Below, piece by piece: positions 38,601-50,600 of a DNA stretch of 64,000 nucleotides. The stretch is from positions 3,356,275 to 3,420,274 of the forward strand of contig CM082587.2 in assembly GCA_040954595.2 (NCBI GenBank), in the 5' to 3' direction. The notes under the pieces were generated by a model that was given only the letters and a program-made list of their open reading frames with translations, searched no databases and was not told where the DNA came from. The DNA comes from Balanoglossus misakiensis (Eukaryota; Animalia; Hemichordata). A program made the position numbers and the translations under genes. Every line of letters starts with the position of its first letter. The stretch's first letter is position 1.

Positions 38601-41600
38601 CTTTGGTTTTGCATATCTACTGCAGCTTCTTGTTTAAAGCCCTGAAGCAGAATGAAATGCCCAGTGCACATCCTTTATGTGTATAGCCAGCATTGTTTAA
38701 TATTGGGCAAAAGTTATATTCACCATCTCATAGAACACTTTGCTTTTTTTATTAAAGATGTAATTTCAAACTTTGTTTCTGAGTTGACCCAGAGGATAAG
38801 ATGTTTTCAATAACGGGTCCCAACTCTTCTTTCTTCTCTTTTACATAGATTTGTAACAGTCAAGGTCGACTTGAAGGACCGTCAAACGTGACTGACTGAA
38901 AACACCAACCGGGCACGTGTTAAAACCATGGCAACGCAAGTGAACTGAACTGAGCACCGGGAACAGTCAGAACAAGACTTCTGATTCCAGAAAATACTCG
39001 AGAAACATGGAACGGATTTCGACTGTCGCCAGTTGCTGGTAGCCGCTTTGCGAGCTTATTTACAGTTGGTGAATGAACCTCAGGACAGGTGAGAGCACAG
39101 ACAGATAAACTTTTCAGCTAGTGCTGCAACTGTAAAAGTCAAAGCTAAACTGTCATGTTCTGTAGTAAAGTACCTCTCTGTCAGTGTCACACTCTCTGCC
39201 AGCTCCACACTAGTAATGACATAACTTGTATCGGTACCGATGTACAGTATCAACAGGTACACAGCACACCAAGAAATCTCACTTTACTACTCACAGTCAT
39301 CAGGGTATCTTCCAAGACTTGCCACAGCACTACCCAAGAAACCGGCAGAACACTGTAAGATTGTCTCTGTTTATATATACTACCGGCAGTACCCAACAGC
39401 TGTCAGGGGTCTGACAGCTAAAGGAAGTTCATGCACGCCATGACGTATAACACAACACAATGCGCTTGATTTACTGCGTAGATTTCACCCCTTAGTTTTT
39501 TTTCGCAACCATAAGGCACACCGCGCCGCCAACTGAGGGTATTTGTACCATTGTTGACACTGCATTACAGTTACCAGGAATCAATAGCACGTATTTGCAT
39601 AACAGTGCTTGGTGATATTTGCATAACAACGGACAATGACTTCTGGTCTTGTTTGGGTGACCACTTGCGCGGTTAAGATTGTACCACTGAAGGATTTCTT
39701 CAGGGTTGGCAGCATTAACGAACACCGACCGGAACGCTAATCGTCAATTGGATTGACTATGCATGTTGACTGATACATTGGTTGTGGCGCCCTCTATGCC
39801 TAGAACGTCTGTGAGGTGGTGAAATTATCTCACAAAATGCCAAAAAGACATGGAAACGTCACAACCCAGTCTCTTGGTACTCACCGATAGCTTGGTTTTG
39901 GTCCGGTATAGTTGGTGTAGAATAATTCTTCCCACTATAAAAAAGAAATTAAGATAAATAAGAGGGCCAAAATATGTATCTTTTGTCAATATTTCTGTTA
40001 TTTCATGAGAGAACTCATTCACTGGTATGTCGTGCTATGGCTATTTAATGATTCAAAGATATAGTTCTGGGCCAACTCTTCTCACCAAGCTTGCAAGTGT
40101 GCAGTGTGTAATTATTTCCGAGACATAAACTTATAAAGTACACTTGACTCACCTATCTATTTTCTTGAGCTGTTGGCCGTTGGTTTGGATACCTAAGATA
40201 GACCTGAGGTCGGTTAAGTTCATCTGAGCGGTGACTTCACCGGTGCGATCTCCAACCTGTGGGCAGCCAGAAAGGTCAATATTAATCAACCTGTTGACAA
40301 AATTTCCAAGAAAACTTGACAGCCTTGAGGGATAATATGGGTAGTGCTTGTCAGTTGAACTTTACAATTCTGTTGCATTCACTCATGATATAAGACACCT
40401 CAACTCATCTCATATTTAAACGCCACAAGACTTTTGGGGAAGAGAGTTTACATGGGATTGGAGTGTTGCTAGTGGTAGTGATGATTGGCCGACACAAGAG
40501 CACCCAAAATACAGAAAACAGTCTGAGAGCGGCTAAAGTAGCTGAGTTTATTTAAATTGATGCTATATATGGGAAAGAAAACTGTTTTTGGAGCACAGAG
40601 ACATTTTTGGTACGTTGACGTCATTCGCTGCCATGGCATGCTGGGATGCCGTGCTGGGAATATGCAGCATACAGGCTTCCTGGGTAGTTCGCAACATCAT
40701 GTGAATTTTATATTTCAGGCTTTAGATATGAATATTATTATTAAATTATTTTTACTCTGAATACACCATCACCCCTACACACAGCTACATCACTGGTCAA
40801 GTCCTACAGTTTCACAGGATGTGAACAGGGCTATGATACTATGGCAGAGGGGTCCCAACTCCAAGGGTTGAGAAAGTGTCAATTCAGACAGACCCTGGAG
40901 TGAGGGTCTATGATTCAACCTGGAGGCATCCGACACGACGGTGTGGAATAATGATGAGGAACTGATCGATTTCCAGCACTGCATTAATTCCCAGACACGG
41001 TACACAAATACTGAAAATATTGCATCATCAGAAGAAGATTGAGTGGCTACTTCAAAATTTCCTGAACTGTTTATGGATAATTAACAATATTATGAAACTG
41101 AAGTGAAAAGAAATAATCTGATTTGCAAAATCTTTTGACCACGTTAGTCCCCAGGGTATAACATGCCATTTTCTCCCCAGCCATACAATGACAGTGTACT
41201 GGGTACATCATTTTGTTCATGCAATATTTATGAGGTCAGCCATAGGGTTAATTCAAAACAAACTTACAAGATAGTGTCAGGCTTTGTCGACCTTAAGTTC
41301 AACAAAGCCGCTTTGATAGGCTTTACATGAAATGAAGAATCTATTCTCAAGAGTATTTCGGAAGAATTTAAATTCCTTCTCTTTTCATTCTCTGCTAAGT
41401 ATGTGCCTTCGTTTGATCTGCCAACACAGTCTGAAGTCAAACACAGGCTGCCATTACACTGCTACCAATTACAGTGGTGGCCATCTGCATACAAAGCTGC
41501 GTAGGGACTTTCAACGCACTTCAAGAAACAAGACAATCCTGAACAAAAATTCAGGAAAAAAAACTTCCCCTAGACTCAACAATTTATTCACCCAATAATC

Positions 41601-44600
41601 ATTAAATTTCCAGGCCTCGGTAATTATATTAGCTTCTCTAAGCTTATTGTCACACTGATCTTATTTGCGTCATCAAGCTGTACAGGGGATTTGCTCCCCT
41701 GCAGACGTTGTCATAGAAACACGCATACCCCGGCAACGTGCATCATTCCTACTTTACCACTCGGACTGTCAGTTTTTACCATTACCGACTTTCCGTGCGG
41801 TGAGAATTAATTTTAAATAACCTCAAATGGAAAAGGGCTTATGCATGGTATGGAATTCTGTTTTCTTTCCTAAAATGTGTTTGGTTCTGGTTTTCTGTTG
41901 AGGTAAGTGGCCACACTCCGGTTATTAAACTGGATAATAAGCAGGAATGGTGTCACTTTGCCGGATTAGGCCCACAGCAAGTACACAATGCTAATGACTA
42001 CTTGGGGATCGACTTCTCTAGGAAAGAATGTCACTGCACTTGAGTGTTGTAAGGGCTACTCACACCAATGCACTGAACACAAATTGTAATGTTCACAATT
42101 TATGATAGCTCCCCTGATATGTGTGCATGTGTATGTAGGGGCAGGGGCATGATGGGAATGATTTCGGAGTGCAGCGGTTGGGTGGGGATGTGGGTGGGGT
42201 TGTTGAACTAATCGTTAATGGTAAATGGGTAGATGTTGTTTTCAAATGGATGCTAGCTACCAAAATGACTGAACCGCGGCCTTGTCAAAATGCAATTTCC
42301 TTATCAGCTACTTGACGTCTCAACCCACGTACAAGCAGAAGATCGAGTCTCGTCTGCCCCTTTCAAGAATGGGGGTAAAAAAAAACTGATACTAAATATT
42401 TATGCCAACTGTGGGAAATACACCAATAAAAACATCAGGGCTGCATTATACTGTGCAGATCAATGAGTTTCTTTACTGGGTAGGCTGAATCATGCATCAG
42501 CGCTGAGAAAGTTATCGTCACGTTTTTTTTTTACTTTTCACAGGAAAAATGGATGGCGTACAAGGCACGAGGCAGCGAAATCACTCAGGAGAAGATATGG
42601 GGAAAATGCAGCTTCACTGATAATGGTGATGATTAGCATCGTTGATTGAAAACGGCCTTCAACCACTCGAGACGCCCACGGAAAAAGTTGGAGCTAATCA
42701 AGAAAAGTCTGGATACAGATTATCACGTGCAGGAGCAGAATATGTGGTGGAAGGATGGATCTACCTAGCAAGACTCTTACCTCTCTGGAGATTTCTAAAT
42801 GCTGAGTTGCAAAGTGTAATGCTTTCTCGTAACTTCCCAGAGCAGTGTGGGCGTTTCCCAGACTCCAACATGCCCTGCCTTCACCAACCCTGTGTATTCA
42901 GAAAATACATTGGATAAGTCAGTTGTGAGCTTGAGCTAAGATTGTTTTTATTAGGACACCACAAACTTTTTTCTTGATATTGGCAATATAAAACATATGT
43001 TCTGTGATTGTTTCAGAAGCGAGTTGGAAAACTGATTTGAACCAGGGCCTCAAAATTCTAGCTGGGGCTAGAAATTTGGATGTGATTTGTACTTGCACGA
43101 AAAACCTGTAAGTTGTTATTTCTGCTTTGAATGCCAAAATTTACAGAGAAACCAGAGCAGCTGTTATGGCTTCTGGCAATGGGCTTTTAAAAAGTTCACA
43201 TGTGTTCAACACTTCAGTGGTGATTAAAGAAATCGACCCGTTGGTAGTTTGCATGGAAATTTAGCAGCGACATGTCATCTTAATCCCTCAGAGATTCACA
43301 CCAACGTATGTGAACTAAATGTAAAACCTTAACAAACACCTCTTTTCACTCTTGTCATACAGAGACTTTAAATCTAATTTCAGGCCATGATGCCAACAAC
43401 ATCTTGGATTTCTTTTTCCCGTCAAACACTGTTTTGCCTCTGCTCACAACACGGCAGATATGCATAAATTTTCATTAATTCTCCAAAACTATACACATAT
43501 AATTTGCTCATAATATTTCTCAGTTTTGATACTTATTTTATGTCATAATTTGCTTTTAATGTATCATTAGGCAACATATCTGATGACAGTGACCTCATCA
43601 TATATAAACATTAAATGCTTATGAAACCAACAAATCATTTGGATATAAAATGCAGTGACACAACAGGGTATACCCGCGTGGACACTTCAAGCAGCACCTA
43701 CCGATCAAACAGTCTCTGTGCAATTTTCAAGTGCTTCATGTGGTATTCGATGGCGGTTTCATAATCTTTCAGTAGCGTGAAGGTGTTACCGAGACTGTAG
43801 CATGCCTGGGCCTCCACGGCTAGGTCGCCGAGCTGCCTGGCGATCTGTAATGTTTTCCTGCAAGAAAAGGGAAGGAAAATCTTAACATTCAGACCTATGG
43901 GGTAATACTTTGCAACCTGGATCATTTTTTCCTGTGTACTGTAGCCAAGTCATTGACAGGACATATTTAATTTCATTTAACTTCATGAAAATAGCCCAGC
44001 TGCAGAATTTATAAAATTTGCCAATCACATTCAGATTACAGTAAAGTTCACAAAAGTAGGTTTCTTGCTGAGTCAAGACATGTAAAGACTGGCTCGTTCT
44101 TCAAATGTTGGAAATTGGGAAAGAGCTGGCACTTAGCAACATAATACCTACTTGTAGTACTCAGCTGCAATCTCAAACTCCCCTAGAAATACATGCGCGT
44201 TGCCGAGGTTACTGTACGCTCTTCTCTCGGCCGACTTATCACCAAATTCTTTGGCGATTGAAAGGCGCTGTAAAACACAAAAACACAAAACAAGACAACA
44301 ATGACTCTCAAAGACTACGTGTACCTTTGCCAATGCATTCTGACCACATTCTTTGCACCAGGTATGTTGACAAATTTAAACTGTCCTGCTATTAAAAATA
44401 ATAGCAGCCAGTCAATATTCCAAACAGACTGGAAGACAAATCTGGTGAAATATGACTACAAAAAATGTGATATAAAAATGGCTGCCACTGAGCATGCTCA
44501 TTAGTGTCCACACCGCGGCACAGCATCTCAGAGGTGACTACTCTGACCTACCTCTTCATGGAACATAATGGCTTTACTAAAATTTCCTAGTAAATAGTGT

Positions 44601-47600
44601 GTGTTGCCAAGGTTACCACAGGCTCTTCCTTGAGCTGCCTTATCTGATAATTCTTTGACGATTGCCAGATTTTCTCTGAAACAAAGATGGAATGGAGTTT
44701 GGTTTGGGAGTATTAATTGTGGTGGTGGATATGGTAGCAGTTTTAAAGTGTTTTGACCTGTGCTATTCATCAAGTAAAACTTTGGTGGTGTGATGCTGAC
44801 CACATGTACTGTGTAATACTTACTCATAAAATTCTGTCGCTTTCTGGAGACATTCTTTGACATCTTCAGGAAAGTCTCCTGGATCCTGGTGTCCAGATCT
44901 TCCTGCATGCTTTCCCTTTGCGTGATACACATTCCCTAAATTGTATAAAGCACGGCCCTCACCAACCTGAAAGAGATTAAAATGAATATCTGCTAGTGTC
45001 AGATCCAGTTGATTATTTAAACAAACTCATTTTTGGCAAGGGAATTTACATGGCAGCTTTTACTAATATCTTTGGCCATCTCATGGAGACAGAAATCTCA
45101 ATCAGTCTGTGTGCTGCTTGCCTGGCAATCTGTCTGTGTCTGAATTCAAGGCCTAGGGAAGTACATGCAGCCATTAACGACTGCAACAACCTCTGATAAT
45201 GATACACATGCACCCAAGATAGGGGCAACCGCCACCACAACTTTTCAACTGACTAATGTTGGCTAACAAAAGCCTATACTTTTCATCTTTTCACGGCTCA
45301 CACGCGAAGCCATTGACACTAGAAACAGGTAGACATGCAGAACTGAGGCCCTTGTCATTTTGAATTAAGAACTTTTGCCAAGTCTAAGAAACGGTTGTGA
45401 AGGCCGACAGACGGTCTTTGGAAACACCGCCTTTCGACGGAATGGTATGTGCCTCTACGTCGGGAAGCACTTAGCCTGTGAAAGAAAAAAAAAACTACCA
45501 ACACAGCAACCTACTCTGTCACCGAGTTCCTTTGATATTTCCAGGTGCCTCTGACAACACACAATGGCCTCATCAAATTTACTAAGAACCTTCAATGTGT
45601 TGCCTAGGTTACCACTGGCTTTTGCTTCTCCGAGCCTGTCTCCGATGGTTCTGAGGGGAGTGAGGAAAGAAGAAAACAATTTTGATTTACTCCAGCGCAA
45701 TTTTGAAATTCACATGAGCGTAAAAAAAATGCTGAGCGCGGATTGCTTTTTATTGAGTGGAGCAATAAGAAAAGCAAATACATCTCACTTTGCGTGGGAC
45801 GCACACTTGTGGTTCCAGACAGCGCACGTTCCATATGTTGTCAAGTTTGAAAAGTCTCGCAATATATCCATCAAAATACTTCAGTATGCTCAGGTCTAAA
45901 GTGAGTAACGTATCTGATTTGCATCTGTGCACATATCCATTTTTGGAAGGTTTCACGAAAAACACACAGATTCTTACAAGAATAAATGCTTCCCTTCAAA
46001 TATTTTTCTCATAGATTTAATTTGTGTCTTCTTCTCTTTCTTTTTTGATACACTACTGAAAGGCATCTCCATGGTTGGTAAATCTACATTGTTTTACTAA
46101 AAACCAAGTTTAGAGCTTCACATAGAGCTCCGACAAAAACGACATTAGTCTAAGGAGTGAGATAATATCTTCTCACTGTCTAACGAGAGTGGAGTACCAC
46201 TTGTTGGCGCAACTTTCCCTTACCTCGCAAGCGTCAAATCATGTTTGTGATACTCCAAAGCTTTGCCGTACTCTTGTAAGTAGAAGTAAGCATTTCCAAG
46301 CTGGCTGTAGATAGCGCTGAGAGTCTTTAAGTCATCGGTTCCGACTTGGACGGCAGCCTCAAAGAACTGGACTCCAGTTTTGCAGTCGCCGGCCTTGCAT
46401 AGTCGTTCGCCTTCTAATGCAAGCTCAATGCAGGATGCCTCTAGCTGCAGATCAGAAGAAAAAATTGATAAAAATTTAATAAAACGAAATCACTCCTGGT
46501 ATTTATTGTTCATTCAGCTCTGAATGAACTTCATGAATGTGGATCCATCTTCCACCCACGCTGCAGATCAGAAATACTAGTAAGTTAATGATAATTGTTT
46601 GGGTTTAATGTATACCCATTGTTTTCAATGGATGGAGTGATATACTGAAAGTAGGTGAGACAGCACTAACTGGAGCCATGAAATAGGTCCAACGTCCAAG
46701 TTAAGACACTGTACGCCTACCATGTTCCACAATCAAGAGAAAAAGAGATATATGCAACGTGACTTCCACATGCCATCCAACCTCCTTACAGACAGGTTAT
46801 TCACTGATTACATATAAACATGGAACAAATGCTTGCGAGTCTCAGACTTGCCCCACAGCAAGTCTGAGAAGTTAATTCTGGGGCTATTCTGAGAAGCTAA
46901 TTCCAACTGAAGAGATGAAGATAATGGCAGAAGAGAGCATTGATAGTCTGTGCATGAGCAATGACCAATAATCACTCTCTTGTATTTCAGATCATTACAT
47001 ACATGCATCTGTATGAGGAACCTGTACCACGTAAAGTTGATATCTAGTTGACTCATTTTGAAACTGAACTCAGATGAAACAAACAGCAGAAAAAATATCA
47101 AAATTAACGATGGAAAGTTGCACTCACAATGAAGAGCATCATCCTTCAAATTTCACAACGAAAAACAAACCTGAGACTTCCTGCGACTTGCCCGTCTGCC
47201 ATGGAAGATTTCCGAGATGAGTTTCTTAAAAGACATGCCTTTCAGCCCTGATAGACGTGGGGATTTGGAAGAGGGGTCAACGCTTGTAAGATCTAGGGTT
47301 GCATGCAGACGTAGTGTTCAAAGCATATTGAGAAAAACGCTGCACATACATGTAGACTGCCGCCAGTGCAAGAAGGAAACTGCAAATTTCCCCCCAAAAC
47401 GACAAACAGATCTTGCCAGATCACTTCCTAATGAGTCAATACCCATCAGCTCTTCACATCTCCCGAGAAGGATCATTTTCATAAAACCCCGGATGAGTGC
47501 AAAACAGTTAGCGTCATCACATGATAATTTGCTTATATAAGGGATTATTTATGAATATGTGCATCTTAACAAAACACTTACATTACAAGATACCTTATGG

Positions 47601-50600
47601 AGTCATCTCATTCATATCTCATCAACAAAGGTCACTCACAGAAATGTCAGTTCCTTCATGAATATTCATTTTTACTGTCTGACAATCTCAATTTATAAAA
47701 GCACACCTATCATTATTTTAAAATTTTTGCCAATTATGCAATTTGTTGATTATATCAAGACTTCGAACAGTAATTACTGAGACAATTATTCATTTCTAGG
47801 TGTTATAGAATCTGATTTTCACAGCACAGTGACAAACTCAAGGCTTGACGGCAAGATAGTCCTTGTCGACATGACGAAAGGCTATACCAACATGCAACTG
47901 CTTCAAGTTGACTGTTGAATCAGGGAGATTCACTTGTGTGCGGGGACTGCCTGTTGCCTTGGCAACTACAGGCATGACACAGGAAAGAGGCTATCAACCT
48001 CACGTATGTTGGCCTTTATATAAGTATACGATGCATACAACTCTTGATTCAGGAGGTTCCAGTGAGAATTCACTGTCAATGGCTTTATGAAACACGATAG
48101 CAACTTAAACATGCACTGTTTCAGGTGCAAAAATCAGCAGTGTGTTTGGAGGAAGAAGGGAGGGGGAGATAGAGACAAAGACTGATTTAGGCAGACAGAC
48201 AGATAGACAGACAGACTGGGGAGGAAGAGTGAAAGAGATGGCCATACAAGAACTACAAGGTTATCAGAGATTTATTACAAAACCAAAAGTGTGGTACCGT
48301 ATTCACTAACACTCAGTGACAAGGGAAGATTGAGAGTGGACAAACCCATTACGTTACAATGCCAATGGGTTATAAGGAGCCTATTATCCTTTAAATGTGC
48401 AATTTCCTTGAGAGAGAGAGCGAGAGAGAAAATACATCAGATCATACTTCAACATGCTGCCTGTACGTTGGTGCAAGAGTGACAACCAATGCTCACCAGT
48501 CAAGAACAAGGTGGAATAGTGCTCTACACTACAGCTGTTGTCAACTTCAGCTATGAATGATCTTTGTATGTTATCAGACCAATTTGCCCTCACACAAAAG
48601 AGGAGCTCTGCATCTGCCTCTCATCCCCCCGTTGCCTGGAAACCGTTATCGGTTCTCTTGGTGATATGAGAGCATCTCAAGGCATTTCTTCCCCCCGAGC
48701 GCTGAAAAGCGTCTGCATTCAACGTTACTGGGGTCAGATAATTTGCATTTCTTATAGTACATTTGGTATTTTCTGCGGAGATATCACAAAGAAGCAGCCA
48801 GAACTGAGATAACAGGGAGATTTGACATCATAACAGACAGCTACGTATCTGATCCTTTCACAATGAGAGATGAAAGACTGGTCTTGGACATGTTGTGTAC
48901 ATGCAGACGATTCATGATGATTTCAGTGACAATATGTCAAAAAGAAATCAAGAAACAATTTTCTTTATTGCTTTCATGATAACCCTGACCCAGCATTAAA
49001 CATCTTCATACTAGAGCCGCCCGTCTGTGATGAGCGAGTGTTCTGTGTTACTCAGCTTGGTTGGCTATCAGTATAAAACTGATAAGCCAATGGTGAATGG
49101 TACGCTGTTATTCCAATTTCTTACACTGTTGATTGATTTTATTTTTTTATTCGAAGCTGTGTGAGACATCGCTTATATATCAGTATCGTGGAGTTCCATT
49201 CACTGTAATCCAATAATGGCTTCAAATTGAGGCACTGAGTTGCCTTGGCGATATGGGTTCCTCCCCTCAGTGGTGTCAAAGGTCATGTGATTCGAGCATG
49301 TACTGATACAGTGGCTGCCCAAACTCTCGTTCTTGGATGATTGCATGTGTGTGTTATTTTTACTGGGCAACATAAATTTATTGCTTTGCTTACTAAAGCA
49401 TGATACATTTACATGTACTTCACGATAAAGTGCTCTGACTGTTTATTCAGTGTGTCTACATGTAATTATCAGATTTGGTAATAAGTGACTGCATGTTTTT
49501 CATATTTTGAGACAGGTAAAATGTCAACATGTACGTGTACATGTACGACAAACCTAACAGGGCAAAATATGCTGATTCCATTAACTGGCTAAGCTCATTT
49601 TCTGAGAGAGAAAAATTTAAGGAGGGGGGAGGGTGGATAAAGATTATTGCCTTTGGACTACAGAAGAAAATAATTCATATTTCCCCACGGCAATACACAT
49701 GAGAACCTTAAGTGTGCATTAGTTGCCATGGAAACTGTCAGATGATTGAGAACTTTCAACACCTGGTATGATAATAAGATGGAGGGAGGTATGTCTCAAC
49801 CTGTGCGCATGGTGCATGTCTACTATTTCTGGTTATGTCCATCCCCAAAGGAGATTTCTACAACATTTATCATCTTATGATTCCAGAATGAATGTCCAAC
49901 ATCTTTCTGAACACTCCACCCAAAATGATTATCGCTAAACTATTACTGAATCGCTTGAATTGTGCAGCGGATCTGCAAACTCATTTCCAGGCAGAAAAAA
50001 AATTATAGCAAATCATGCATTATTTAGAGCAGTGATCAAATCCAGCCAGCCATAGCAAATTGCAGTAAAGTAATGCGTACACACTGTTGGGGTAGACATT
50101 CTCTTTAGCATACATACACATACATGTGTAAAACGTACTTGTGACAAAAATCTAGTGAGACAAAATCTGAGAATATTACTTCCTGTCATTAAGAGATGCT
50201 ATTTATTAAATATTTAAATAGATTTATTAATATTTGCTTATTATTATCTATGTCAAATCAGTGGTTTATTGTTTCTTTATTGTAAACTCATCAAATTCAT
50301 CACTGATTATTCTGCATTTATGTGGTGATATGAATGCAAGTTAAATATAATTGTTTTTCAAAACTGAAGTTGCTTAGAGAAAGTGAAATCCACAGACCAA
50401 CATTTTGGACTAATAATGTGGATTGGTTGCCTTGATGTGAAATCACGAAATGAATGGCCCCTTTTTTTCTAATCTCATGATCTGAAGAACACGACGCATA
50501 GCAACAATAAACGGTAACAGATGCCGCGCGGGTCTTACCTGCATATGAGTACAGGAAATTAATATTAAACTTTAAAAGTATCTCGCTGGAGATGACGTCA

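Noticed and set aside
38960-39088. In-frame TGA in a protein-like plus-strand frame (EQDF*FQKILEKHG) as selenocysteine or readthrough
   Set aside because: No start codon, no recognisable family, and no SECIS element identified.
39512-39530. TAAGGCAC, the miR-124 5' end
   Set aside because: The rest of the mature sequence does not match and no precursor hairpin is evident.
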